Below are positions 54,348-64,000 of a stretch of 64,000 nucleotides of DNA, in pieces. The DNA is taken from positions 1 to 64,000 of IMG/VR virus record IMGVR_UViG_3300037840_000216. One strand, 5' to 3'. Within the stretch, counting starts at the first letter, position 1; every line of letters starts with the position of its first letter. This DNA is from a virus. The notes below the pieces were generated by a model that made no database searches, was not told where the DNA came from, and worked only from the letters and a program-made list of their open reading frames with translations. Both the position numbers and the translations under genes were made by a program.

Positions 54348-57197
54348 TTAGGTGGACTTTGGTGGGTGGGCCGGTCGCGGTTTCGGAGCAGCAACGTTCT
54401 TGGCTCCTTCTTCTCGGACGGGCTCGATAAGAGCGTCCACCATGTTCGGCGGAAGCTGATCGTAGCCACTGACGACGGGAGCTTTGCTGTTCGGATGCAG
54501 CACCGATGGCGCGATGAGCTTGGCCACCGTTGTGTAGCCGTTCGTGGTGTCCCAGTTGTGAACCACTTCTTCGATGAACATCTGGAGCCCGTGCTCAGGG
54601 AAGCCGACCTTGCCGCCAGGGAACAACTCGGGCATAAAGGTGAAGGTGAACGGAGTTTCGAACTGGCGGGACCAGCCGAGGAGGAACTGTTGGTAGGCGA
54701 GCAGGCACTCGTAGATTGTGCTGGTGACCAGAGGGTATTCTTCGCGTAGCACGCGAGGTCCGTAGCGCTTGAGGAATTCGACTGCCTCCTTGCTGTTCAT
54801 GAGCGCAGAGACGCCGGGGCGCTTCAGGTTAATGCCTTCCTGTTCGAGGTTGAAGAGAATCCCTTCGGAGTCCATGGCTTCGAAGATCGTCATGACCCCG
54901 GCCTTTTGCTCGATCACCAACGGGTTGCTCTGCGGACTCGCCGGGTAGATCGGGTTGCCGAGGGAGAAGACGTGCGTGACGAGGTTTTCGTCGTTGAGAT
55001 CGATGCCGCCATCGAGAACCTCGATGTCGTAGATCAGCCAGTAGGCGTCGTGGTGTCCGAATTCGCCGAAGTAGTCCGGGTAGAAGGCAAAGAAGTCACC
55101 GTTCGGTAGGGACTGGAAACTGCGCAGCGATGCCTGACAGACTTGCTGTACGAAGTTCATGAGTGGCTTCGCATTCATGAGCGCCTTCTGCCCGCCAAAG
55201 AGGAACGCCTCGGCTCGTTCCTCGGCGCTCGGGAGACTGATGTTGGAAGCAAATGCCGCCGCCGTGGCCTGGCTCAGGATCGATCCTTCAGGCGAGCCCT
55301 TGCCCACGTTGCCCGGTCCTCCGGTTTCTCCTTCGGTACCTGCGAGCGCCGGAGCAGGTTCACCCGTGTAGGGTTCTTCGAGTTCGGCAGTCTTTAGGTG
55401 CAGTGATTCGTACTGGCCTTCTGCTGACGGCCACTTCGTCGGGTCTTCGCTGCCCCATCCTGCGCCGCCCTTCGGATTATTGTTCCAGCCCGTGCTGAAG
55501 TAGCGCCCGTTGATCGTCATCCACTCGTGCGATGAGTTCCAGTAGACCGAGACGCCGTTGCCTTTGGCAGGCGCAGGACCCGGTTCACCGATGCGCCCGT
55601 AGACGTGGCCCATTTCGCCGGAGGTCCCGAAAGACGAGCCGGTCGGTACGAAGCCTCCTGCTGCAAGGACGGCCATGACGGAGCCGGAGCAGTCGAAACC
55701 GTTGACCAGCGCACCGCCTGACTCGGTTTCTGTGCCCATACTCGGGGTACCGACGTGGGGGTGCCCGCCACCGAACGAGTAGGGGTAGTTCTTATTGCTG
55801 ATTTCAGAAGCGCGGGTGATCATCGCTTCAAGGCGGGAGGTCTGTCCGCTACCGGACTTGCCTTTACCTTCGGTCGAGTTGCGCTGTGTTTCTTCTGGTT
55901 CTTCTGGGCCGCCCTTGAGCGGAGCACCACCTTCCTTCGGCGGATACTGCGTCACGAGGCGCTTGGCCTTGGCGAGGTTGGTGGTCCAGTTCGCCTTGTA
56001 GGCTTCCTTACCAGGCTGCTGCGTCGTGGTCGCCCATTCTTCCCAGTTACCTTCAGTCTTCAGGTTCGGTTTTTCGACAGCGCGCATGACCGCTGCCTTG
56101 CAGAACGCTTCCGTCGCCTTGCCCGTGTCGCGAGCGTCTTCTGGGTAGTTCACTTTGATGCCGGGGTACGGTTCGTCCGACGTGAACTGGAACCAGCCCG
56201 TGGCGTTAGCACTGTTGGTTCCTTCGATCTCACTCTGGTTGAAACCCTCCTCGCACAGAGCCGTGCAGATGACGAACTCGGGCGGTAGGTTCTGCCGGGT
56301 CGCACAGCGCGTCATCGTTTCCACGATTTCCTTGACGTTGCTCAGGTTGCCAGTCGGTTCGCCTTTGCCTTCACCACCGCCTGGTCCTCCGCCCTGGCCG
56401 TGCGAGCTAGTGCCAATGGCTGCGGCCCAGAACTTATTGATGCCTTCCTGTGCCGCTTTGTCGTTCTGTTCGAAATCATTCCACAGCTTGTTGATCAGCT
56501 TGGGCACCGATGCTGGGACGTTCTCGATCCAAATCTTCTCGTCCTGCCAGTCGCCGACGAAGAAGAGGATGGCCCAGAGTAGGTTGGCAAACGACCCGTC
56601 GTTGGACGAGTACTTGCCATCTTTTTCGAGTCCAAAGGGAACGCCGTTAGAGCTTTTCTGGAAACCTTCCTGTCCGGCCTTCGCCTTCCATTCGACCTCT
56701 TCCACGCCTTCTTCTTGGGCCGCCTGTCCACCGATGCCAGCCGTCTCTCCTAGCGGGCCGATACCAGCTTCGCCGGTCCCCGTGGGGATACCCTGAATCC
56801 ACCCGAAGTGCTTGAGTAGCGCGAGCGTGTACGGCTGTGCAAGCTGGTACCAGGTGTAGAGCAGTTTCTTGAGCGTGCAGGACGCTTCAAGCGTGATCGG
56901 GCCAGGGCGGAACTGGTAGTACGGTGTCTTGTCGAGGAAGCCCGTGAAGACCTGGACCGGGTGGCCAGGGGTGCGCTCCAGGAAGATGGTAATCGGGTCC
57001 ATCGGATGAAAGGCGGCTTCGCCCGGTCGCGTGAAGATGCGGTCGGGGTTGCGCAGCGTAAGTTTTGCCGTGGACACCTGGTTGAGCAAACGCTTGACTT
57101 CTCCGGCCACTACGTATTCGGAGATGTCCATGATTTCTTCGCGCGTGTTCTTGATGTACACGTATGCCTTCGGGCTATATACGAGGCGCTCTGCCAT
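54348..57197 (-). CDS. Baseplate hub / tail-associated lysin with NlpC/P60 peptidase
   Basis: YPYSFGGGH..GFDCSG..H; C-terminal TFMPELFPG..IEEVVHNWD. Confidence 0.85.
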   Translation of the reverse strand: MAERLVYSPKAYVYIKNTREEIMDISEYVVAGEVKRLLNQVSTAKLTLRNPDRIFTRPGEAAFHPMDPITIFLERTPGHPVQVFTGFLDKTPYYQFRPGPITLEASCTLKKLLYTWYQLAQPYTLALLKHFGWIQGIPTGTGEAGIGPLGETAGIGGQAAQEEGVEEVEWKAKAGQEGFQKSSNGVPFGLEKDGKYSSNDGSFANLLWAILFFVGDWQDEKIWIENVPASVPKLINKLWNDFEQNDKAAQEGINKFWAAAIGTSSHGQGGGPGGGEGKGEPTGNLSNVKEIVETMTRCATRQNLPPEFVICTALCEEGFNQSEIEGTNSANATGWFQFTSDEPYPGIKVNYPEDARDTGKATEAFCKAAVMRAVEKPNLKTEGNWEEWATTTQQPGKEAYKANWTTNLAKAKRLVTQYPPKEGGAPLKGGPEEPEETQRNSTEGKGKSGSGQTSRLEAMITRASEISNKNYPYSFGGGHPHVGTPSMGTETESGGALVNGFDCSGSVMAVLAAGGFVPTGSSFGTSGEMGHVYGRIGEPGPAPAKGNGVSVYWNSSHEWMTINGRYFSTGWNNNPKGGAGWGSEDPTKWPSAEGQYESLHLKTAELEEPYTGEPAPALAGTEGETGGPGNVGKGSPEGSILSQATAAAFASNISLPSAEERAEAFLFGGQKALMNAKPLMNFVQQVCQASLRSFQSLPNGDFFAFYPDYFGEFGHHDAYWLIYDIEVLDGGIDLNDENLVTHVFSLGNPIYPASPQSNPLVIEQKAGVMTIFEAMDSEGILFNLEQEGINLKRPGVSALMNSKEAVEFLKRYGPRVLREEYPLVTSTIYECLLAYQQFLLGWSRQFETPFTFTFMPELFPGGKVGFPEHGLQMFIEEVVHNWDTTNGYTTVAKLIAPSVLHPNSKAPVVSGYDQLPPNMVDALIEPVREEGAKNVAAPKPRPAHPPKST

Positions 57198-57970
57198 TAG
57201 CCAAACGGACCTCCTCCGGGGAGTGGCGGGATGAGTTCGTTGGGTTCTTCAGGTTCGCTCGGCTGTGCCGGAGGTGTGCTGGTTGGCTTAGAGTTCTTGG
57301 CCGTTTCTTCTTGGAAGACCGGCACGAACGGAGTCGTGAGTCCCTGAAGGATGCTGATCCAGCTTGCCTGCTCGTTTTCGTAGACGCTCGCTTCGACATC
57401 TTCGTAGAGGCCCTCGAAGGAGCGCGCGACCGTGAACGGAAATTCGAAGATCGGTGCGTATTCTCCTGCCTTGTACCGGCGCTGGATGCGCGGCGCGAAT
57501 CCCTGCACACAGGTTCGTTTGTGCGGACCTCTCATGATCGGATTGTTGAGTTTAAAGCCTCCACCCTTGACCTCTAGCTGCGTCGTGTTGTTCGCTGCGT
57601 TCTTGACGGCTCGCACTTGTGCCTGGTGAATGAACTCAACAAGCACTCCGTAGTCCCCCTGGTCAAGGCATTGAGCTTTGATTTTGAGCGACGGCAAGAT
57701 GATGTTGTTGGCGTAGAAGTCGCGCGTTAGACGGCCCTGCGATGTGTTACCGCTAAGTCCGAGATCGAGGGTCATCTCCGATACGAAGAATTCGACCTTG
57801 TGCTCGCCATCGCAGAGGATCGCGTTGGCGCGTTCGAACGCGGCTTTGCGTCGAGCTTCGCTAATGCGCGTAGCCCGAATGTCGTACGCTTGCTGCGTCT
57901 CGGGAACGACCCCGGCTTCCGACGTAGGCACGTAAACTGGAAGCGCAGCGCTGTTGTATTCAGATGGCAT
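57197..57970 (-). CDS. Putative tail/baseplate protein
   Basis: Coupled gene in tail operon. Confidence 0.65.
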   Translation of the reverse strand: MPSEYNSAALPVYVPTSEAGVVPETQQAYDIRATRISEARRKAAFERANAILCDGEHKVEFFVSEMTLDLGLSGNTSQGRLTRDFYANNIILPSLKIKAQCLDQGDYGVLVEFIHQAQVRAVKNAANNTTQLEVKGGGFKLNNPIMRGPHKRTCVQGFAPRIQRRYKAGEYAPIFEFPFTVARSFEGLYEDVEASVYENEQASWISILQGLTTPFVPVFQEETAKNSKPTSTPPAQPSEPEEPNELIPPLPGGGPFG

Positions 57971-58755
57971 TACGCCTTCTTCGTTTCGTTGGTCTTGACC
58001 GTGGAGCCCGGTAGCGTTTCTTCACTCTCTTTGCCGCCACCTTCGTTGCCGAAGTTCGGCTTGGCTCCTATGGCTGTCTCGGTTTCGAAGAAGCTGTCGT
58101 TGAGGTACGACGGCAACAGTGAGTTGTAGTAGTCGCCGATCTTGGTGACACCTTCCGCTGCTTGCTTGGCTGTCGCCGCCACGAATTCGTCGCCAAGGAA
58201 CGTGCCGGGGGCGATGAACGGGTTCTGTCCGGGGTCGCCGGACTCCGGGGAGATGAGCCCTTTGAGACTGAACTGTTCTTTGTTGACCAGTTCTTGTGTG
58301 ATGAGATCCTTCAGCTTGGACACGTCCGGCGTTTTGTCAACGACGTGCGCCTTTAGGCTCCATTTTGGAGCAACCAACTCGGTAGCGTATGTGAAGCCAG
58401 GCGCTTCCTTTGGCTGGATTTCGAAGACCCATCCTCGGTGACCGTATTCCATGATCATCGGGATCTGTGTGTATTTGTCCTGGTCGGCTGCCTCGCTGCC
58501 CTGTGTGGCTACGGTGAAGTACTTCATGAAGAACGAGTAGATCGCCTCCGTCTCTTCGTACGTGTGCGCGGTGCCTTCGACTTCAAGGTCATCGATGTAG
58601 ACGCTGAGGATCTGCACGACTTCGCCGCCGTAGGTCGGGAACGACGCGGTGTTGAGCGCGTACGCCCAGGCGATTTCATCGATGCCCGTCGTGACGATCA
58701 ACGGCACACCGTTGTTCACTAGCTCGTGGTGGAAGAGAAGCTGTGTTGCAGACAT
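57970..58755 (-). CDS. Putative tail tube initiator-like protein
   Basis: Follows tape measure; WAY.LNT..PTYGGEVVQILSV. Confidence 0.6.
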   Translation of the reverse strand: MSATQLLFHHELVNNGVPLIVTTGIDEIAWAYALNTASFPTYGGEVVQILSVYIDDLEVEGTAHTYEETEAIYSFFMKYFTVATQGSEAADQDKYTQIPMIMEYGHRGWVFEIQPKEAPGFTYATELVAPKWSLKAHVVDKTPDVSKLKDLITQELVNKEQFSLKGLISPESGDPGQNPFIAPGTFLGDEFVAATAKQAAEGVTKIGDYYNSLLPSYLNDSFFETETAIGAKPNFGNEGGGKESEETLPGSTVKTNETKKA

Positions 58756-58757
58756 CT

Positions 58758-61010
58758 CTAACCTTTAGAAGGAGGGAAATAGGCTTCATTTCTGTGAGCC
58801 TGTTCAAATAGCTTCTTATTTGCTTGGACTTCTCCTGGCAGACCCGTACTTGGTTGCGCCGCCTGGCTGGCCGTAGACTTGCCTCCCGCATTGGCTTCTT
58901 CCTTAGGAGACTTTGCATTCGGGAATTGAAGTTTGAACCACTTTTCGGCATTAGGACTTAGCACGATTTCAGCCTTTGCTTCTTCTGACCTTTCCGGTTT
59001 CACTTCGGCGATCTTGGAGAGAGCTGCGGTGATGTTCTTGACCTGCTTTTCAGGCGATTCCATCATCCACTGCTTGAGTTCTCCGTGCTTCTCTAGGCCA
59101 GCTTCTTTGGCTCGTTCATAGAGGCCGCCCTTACCCGCTAGTGCTTCAACAACATGATCTTCCTGGTTGACGTTGAGAGTTCCTTCACCCGCCGCCCCGC
59201 GCTTTGCCTTTATCAAGGCTGTTTCTTTGCGGCCAAGGTCTTCCATCTGACCTTCGTTTAGCTTTCCATATTCACCTTCGCCTTGTTTTTCACCTTCCTT
59301 TTTGAGTTTTTGTAGATGCGCAATTTCTGGCTCAAGCTTGAAAACCGCATGGGTATTTTTTCCATATGCCTCATTTTCATGACGCTTCTGTGAAATAAAT
59401 GCGCTCAGTTGATTGGCTTTGTGCTGTGCGCTCGCGGCGGCTTCCATGTGCGGCCCGATCTGGAGCATGCGCTTCATGTATTCCGTCGTCAGGTTCGGTT
59501 CAAGCTGGTGCATCATCGCGAGCTTGGCCGCTTCGGCGGAGATCGTTTCCGTTTCACCGTATTTGTTTGTCGTCGTGACTGCTTTGCCTGGGCCTGCGAT
59601 TTCCGCAAGCTGCCTGACGGCGGCGTAGGCGTTAGTCGATGACTGATTACCGGTCATAGATGTGATCTGCCACGGCAGCACGCCTTTCTGTGCGGCCTGT
59701 ACTTTGCCGAACGTACCTTCGTTCGCAGCCTGGGTGAGAAGCGGGTTGATGCCCGTGTTCTTCCAGATTTCGTTGTAGGCATGCGCGCCGTGGATCATGG
59801 TCGAGCCGCCCTCAACGGTCTTGGCCGCGAAGTCTTCCATGCCCTGCGTCACTTCTTCGAGCGTTTTGTGCAAGACCTTCACCGCTTCAGGAAGCTGTTC
59901 GAGCGTCTTCGTGAGTTCTTGCGGTGTCGCCTGACCTAGCTTGAGCGCGTTTGTCCACGAGCCAAGTTGCTCAATGGAAGTTGGGCTGTTAAAGCCCATC
60001 TTGACGAGCGGTTCGAGTGTCTGCGCGAGTGTCTCTTGCTGGCCACCAACGGTGAAGCCAAGCGCGCCCCCGCTGCGCTGGTTGGTCCAGCCCTGTGAGG
60101 CCAACGCCTGGCGTAGGTTGCTGGCTTCTCCGAGCCCGATGCCCGTGCCACCAAACGCCGCTTCGGCGGCATTCACGACGGTGCCAAGACCTTGTTTGGC
60201 GGCAGGGCTTGTGAATGCAGCGATCGGGTTCGGAATGCCAAGGATGTGGCTCGCGCCAAAGACACCTTCGCCCTGTGGCGTGTAACCCAAAGAGGCTCCC
60301 ATGTGGGACGCGCCAAAGCCGATGTCGAGCATGGGCTGGAATATCTTTTTGTGAAGCAGGCTGGCTTCGGCGATCCTAGATGCTCCGCCTTCAAATCTCT
60401 GAGCTAGGTTGCTCGCCGCGAGCGGTCCCTGCTGCTGCTGCCATTCCTCGGGGCTCAGTGGTTCTTCTTCGTTCGAGAGCGCTTCAGAGGCGTAGCTACC
60501 GTACTGTTTCGTTGCCCTTCGTCCTGCTGCCCGTGCGGCCTCACGAAGGAGCGTGTCAACCTGCCACTCACCGAATTGGGGGATCTTGAAGCCTTCCTTG
60601 GCAATTGTGGACGCTTCTTGGTTTGTCCGTCCGGCAATCGGGCTCCCTGCGTCGGGCGCTAGGCCTTCGTATCCCGGACGTGCTGCTCCCTGCTGACCCA
60701 AGAATCGTTTCCACGCTGAGTCGGCCTTTTCCGGCGTCGAGCTATCCGGGCTCAACTGGCCTGGCTCGGCAGTCCCGATGGTCGCTCCCGGTCCCGCCTG
60801 CGAGATGAACTTTCTAAGGAGGTCAGAGGGGTCGCGTTCTTCAAGGCCAAGATCGCTAGCTCGTTTCTTCTGGATGAGCGCAAGCTCCATCGTGGGAGCA
60901 GTAAGTGCCTGGATATGTTCGTCCAGTTGGAGCATCACAACCCGCAACTGATCATTTGCGCGTCGTTGTGACTGTGCGGGGTCGAGATCGTCGTTGGTTG
61001 CCATCGACAA
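58758..61010 (-). CDS. Tape measure protein
   Basis: Long Ala/Gly-rich helical protein after tail chaperones. Confidence 0.7.
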   Translation of the reverse strand: MSMATNDDLDPAQSQRRANDQLRVVMLQLDEHIQALTAPTMELALIQKKRASDLGLEERDPSDLLRKFISQAGPGATIGTAEPGQLSPDSSTPEKADSAWKRFLGQQGAARPGYEGLAPDAGSPIAGRTNQEASTIAKEGFKIPQFGEWQVDTLLREAARAAGRRATKQYGSYASEALSNEEEPLSPEEWQQQQGPLAASNLAQRFEGGASRIAEASLLHKKIFQPMLDIGFGASHMGASLGYTPQGEGVFGASHILGIPNPIAAFTSPAAKQGLGTVVNAAEAAFGGTGIGLGEASNLRQALASQGWTNQRSGGALGFTVGGQQETLAQTLEPLVKMGFNSPTSIEQLGSWTNALKLGQATPQELTKTLEQLPEAVKVLHKTLEEVTQGMEDFAAKTVEGGSTMIHGAHAYNEIWKNTGINPLLTQAANEGTFGKVQAAQKGVLPWQITSMTGNQSSTNAYAAVRQLAEIAGPGKAVTTTNKYGETETISAEAAKLAMMHQLEPNLTTEYMKRMLQIGPHMEAAASAQHKANQLSAFISQKRHENEAYGKNTHAVFKLEPEIAHLQKLKKEGEKQGEGEYGKLNEGQMEDLGRKETALIKAKRGAAGEGTLNVNQEDHVVEALAGKGGLYERAKEAGLEKHGELKQWMMESPEKQVKNITAALSKIAEVKPERSEEAKAEIVLSPNAEKWFKLQFPNAKSPKEEANAGGKSTASQAAQPSTGLPGEVQANKKLFEQAHRNEAYFPPSKG

Positions 61011-61071
61011 TTACGCTGCGTTCGACGCTATTTCGCTTGACTGGAGGCGGTTGATGCCGTATACTACAGGT

Positions 61072-61311
61072 ATGGGACAAGTCGCCATCGTCATCTTCTT
61101 CCTCGGATGCATCGCTTGTGTCGCGTGCGCGGGATGGCTAACCTGGATGTTCGTGTCGCAGACCATCGCCGAACTAAAAGACCCCGGCTGCTTCTCGTTG
61201 TTCCCGGTCGGTACCTCGCAGCACTCACGACCGATTCACCCGATTGGTCAGACGTACCAAGAACGCCAGGAATGGGACGGCCCTCGGGCCGAAGGCAAGA
61301 ACTGGCTCTAG
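61072..61311 (+). CDS. Small membrane protein, antisense to tail operon
   Basis: TTGACT-N17-TATACT (61037-61065), leaderless ATG, N-terminal TM helix. Confidence 0.65.
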   Translation: MGQVAIVIFFLGCIACVACAGWLTWMFVSQTIAELKDPGCFSLFPVGTSQHSRPIHPIGQTYQERQEWDGPRAEGKNWL

Positions 61312-61404
61312 CCGACTCACGCAGAGCGTATGGATACAATTTGATCGACTCGGAGGAGAGGGAGCACAAGGTTCATCGCACGTATCAACAGAGCAGGGCA
61401 CCCT

Positions 61405-62195
61405 TTATCCCTTGGGAGCATACTGATTTGTCCAACCGTCCTCCTCCCATTCGCGGATCATCTCCTCGAACTCCTCCTCCGTCGTCGGCATCTTGATGAC
61501 GACGCCAGGGCTCTCTTCGACCATCTGGTCCTCTCCGTAGACCTTCTTCCACATCTCGGGGTTGGTGATGAACATCGACCGTTCGAGATCGACCTGATCG
61601 TTGTCTTCCGCGATTCGGTTTTCCTCCTTGTGCAGGCACAGGAGAAGCTCGGCTTGAAAGTCGCTTAGGGCTGGATAACCGAATCGGTCGGCGCGCCCAA
61701 AGTATCCGGCTCTGTCAAGGAATCGGGCGAGGGCTGCGAAGGGACCCGGTTCCTCTCTGAGAAATCCTGCAATTCTCGAATCCCATCGAGGGCCTCCCTC
61801 TCTAGCTCCAAGTACCGCGCGTAGAGGAACGCGAGCGTGGGCTGGTACCACTGCTTGGTGACCCAGTTGAGCCGGGTGCGGGCGAAGTCGTTCAAATCAG
61901 GTCCGACCGGGGGACAGAAGTCGTCCACGGTATCCACGGACTGGAGCGCGAGGGCGACCTGAGCGTTGGCCCAGACCTCTCCCTCGGAGATGGACCCGCG
62001 CCAGGGCTGGACCACCATCGAGACAGCCGCCTTCTCGGACGGATAGAGGGTGCGCATGCGGAACGTGTGACCGCAAAACTCGACCTCCTTTTCCAGGTGG
62101 CCGATATATGTGAGCCCGCGCACGGCGAACCGGACTTGCTCTGTGAACAGGGCGAACGGATCGGTCTGCTTGGGTGCTGCCTCCTGCTCTGCCAT
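61405..62195 (-). CDS. Tail assembly chaperone (61665-62195) with probable -1 frameshift extension to 61405
   Basis: Between tube and tape measure; overlapping -1 ORF; G-GAT-TTC at 61767-61761. Confidence 0.65.
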
Positions 62196-62236
62196 GATAC
62201 CTCCTATGCCCGGTCAAGGGCCTTGACTGACTTGGG

Positions 62237-62908
62237 TTACAGCGGGTTGTCGCGGATCTTGAACCCGAGGCTAGGGTTACCGTTACGGGTCATGTAGCGG
62301 TAGTTGATCGTGATCTGCTTCAGGACTTCCATGGTGCCGATGGCGATCTGCTCGCCGTCCTGTACGTTCGTGATAACGCAGCCATGGTACTCCTCCGTGT
62401 ACGGCGTGACCGGGGAGCCCGCAGGACCCGACGCGCCGAGGGGACGGATGATCTTGACGACTTCGGTCTGGGATGGGCTGGCCTGCGCCTGGCGGATGAA
62501 GATGTCCACAATGTCCACCGCGCCCATGAAGAGTCCGCCGTTGTTCGGGCCGGTGAGTTTGAAGTTGGTGCTCTGGTTTTCAGGCGTTTCAGATCCGAAC
62601 GGGCCGTTCTTCGCGCCGAGGCTGAGCCCCAGTCGGTCCCAGACCTTGGAGGCGACTCCGCCTGAGCCGAACAACTCGAACATGTTCAGGACGATCTGTC
62701 CCGGTCCTGCTGCGGCTGGCGTGATGATCTCGATGGGGTACGGCTCATCCAACGGCTGGATGGCTGACATGCCTCCGCCGACCGGCTGCGGTGACGTGTG
62801 ACTTGCCTGCTGGCAGAAGGTAATCGGCTGACCTCCGAACGTGAAGATCGTGAAGCCGGAACCGCCTACGCGGACTCTTGAAGTAAATGTGGGATCTGTA
62901 CCTGCCAT
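62237..62908 (-). CDS. Tail tube protein
   Basis: Follows sheath; YHGCVIT..DGE..I..M..K.IT..Y. Confidence 0.75.
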   Translation of the reverse strand: MAGTDPTFTSRVRVGGSGFTIFTFGGQPITFCQQASHTSPQPVGGGMSAIQPLDEPYPIEIITPAAAGPGQIVLNMFELFGSGGVASKVWDRLGLSLGAKNGPFGSETPENQSTNFKLTGPNNGGLFMGAVDIVDIFIRQAQASPSQTEVVKIIRPLGASGPAGSPVTPYTEEYHGCVITNVQDGEQIAIGTMEVLKQITINYRYMTRNGNPSLGFKIRDNPL

Positions 62909-63000
62909 TAGATTGTATTCCACCCATAGGTTTCATTGCGCTCTTCGTTATGACACTTCCAGCGTTGCTGTGCTTTTGTAGTTGAGAGTGCCATCGACTA

Positions 63001-64000
63001 TTACCCAAGCGTTTCGCTCTGTGAGTTTTCTGCAATCGAGACGGTCTGTGACGAGAGGTCCAGGCTGAACGCGATGTCGATGTTGTTAAGGGTGAAGGCC
63101 GGGCGGTAACTGAAGCTTGCCGTGATCGTGGTCGGTTCGGTAGTGGCCAGAGCAACGACCGGGGTCGCAAAGTCCACGATGTTGCCCGCTGACTGGAGGG
63201 CGCTGAGCACTCCGACGATGGCAGAGCGCACGATGATCGGTGAGTTGCCATCTGCGATGATCTGACCGATGATCTGGTTTTCGAGAGTTTCCTTGACCGA
63301 TTCGATCATCAGGAACTTCGCACGAATCACAGATACCTCGGAGCGCGAGGCACCGTGATTCGTGTCTAGCGTGATCGCGTGATTGCAGCGAATCTGGCCA
63401 TTCTGGATCTGTTCGATGACCATGAGTCCTTCTTCAGCATCTTCGTTCTTCTGCGTGGTGGTCTTGAGCGTTTTGACCTTGGTGAATCCAGTGATACCCT
63501 TGCGTGTAAGTGACGAAGCGACCGGGCGAGAGGCCATAGCCCCGGCAACGGCAGCTGCGAGGTACTGAGCCCCGACCGATGATTCGCTACCTTCGATGAG
63601 CGAGATGCCGACGTTGTTGATGTTGAGCAGGACGTTGTGAGATGCCAATGCACCACCCGCGTATGAGCGGATTTCCTGAGCGTGTTTGTAGATTTTCGCT
63701 GTGAGCGCTTCGCCGGTTGTGCCGTCCTCACCAAAGACACCGAAAATGAACTTCTCTTCGACTTCTCGTTTCTGCTCGTAGCCAAGGAATTCTTTGAAGA
63801 TCGCGGTGATGATGCCGTCGTTGACTTTACCTTCGGCGTTACCCTGGCCAATGATAGGCACGATCAGATCGATGGCCTGCACGATGTCGAGGCCTTTGAG
63901 GGTCTTGCCCCAGGTGGTCGGTTCTGCGACCGCGAGAGGCATTGGCTGTTCCGCGTTGATGATGAAACCGTTTTCGTCATATTCCGGTTCTGTGCCGCTG
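63001..64000 (-). CDS. Tail sheath protein (partial, starts beyond window)
   Basis: YLAAAVAG..SLTRKGITGF..GLMVIE..HAIT..E.SVIR..YRPAF.LN.I. Confidence 0.88.
   Translation of the reverse strand, partial: SGTEPEYDENGFIINAEQPMPLAVAEPTTWGKTLKGLDIVQAIDLIVPIIGQGNAEGKVNDGIITAIFKEFLGYEQKREVEEKFIFGVFGEDGTTGEALTAKIYKHAQEIRSYAGGALASHNVLLNINNVGISLIEGSESSVGAQYLAAAVAGAMASRPVASSLTRKGITGFTKVKTLKTTTQKNEDAEEGLMVIEQIQNGQIRCNHAITLDTNHGASRSEVSVIRAKFLMIESVKETLENQIIGQIIADGNSPIIVRSAIVGVLSALQSAGNIVDFATPVVALATTEPTTITASFSYRPAFTLNNIDIAFSLDLSSQTVSIAENSQSETLG

Overview
A 64-kb segment of a large contractile-tailed (myovirus-like) phage genome. Its organisation resembles Bxz1/cluster-C-like actinobacteriophages. An Actinomycetota host is inferred from many leaderless starts and a near-match to the actinobacterial 16S 3' end. 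Left to right: (i) two paralogous fibre/appendage genes plus holin and endolysin (1-2731, -). (ii) A 14-kb RNA island (2904-16852, mostly -) with ~40 tRNA or tRNA-like genes covering all 20 amino acids, a tmRNA with a 32-aa tag, a ~260-nt minimal RNase P RNA, Pth2, three HNH genes, several unclassified structured RNAs, and an IS1595-family element (9116-11811, 8-bp TSD) carrying tRNA passengers. (iii) A class II-like ribonucleotide reductase. (iv) A + strand replication/recombination module: DnaC-like loader, DnaB, primase, SSB-like protein, RNase H, DnaE, RecA, nucleases, RuvC and an SNF2-like helicase. (v) A ~230-bp array of alternating GGY/NN pentamers at 41849-42075. The variable dinucleotides of its last block spell, skipping every third base, a codon-variant of a conserved motif in the adjacent helicase gene, making it a candidate non-contiguous RNA-guided anti-competitor system. 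(vi) A - strand tail module (sheath, tube, chaperones, tape measure, baseplate). All calls were made by eye; no searches were run.
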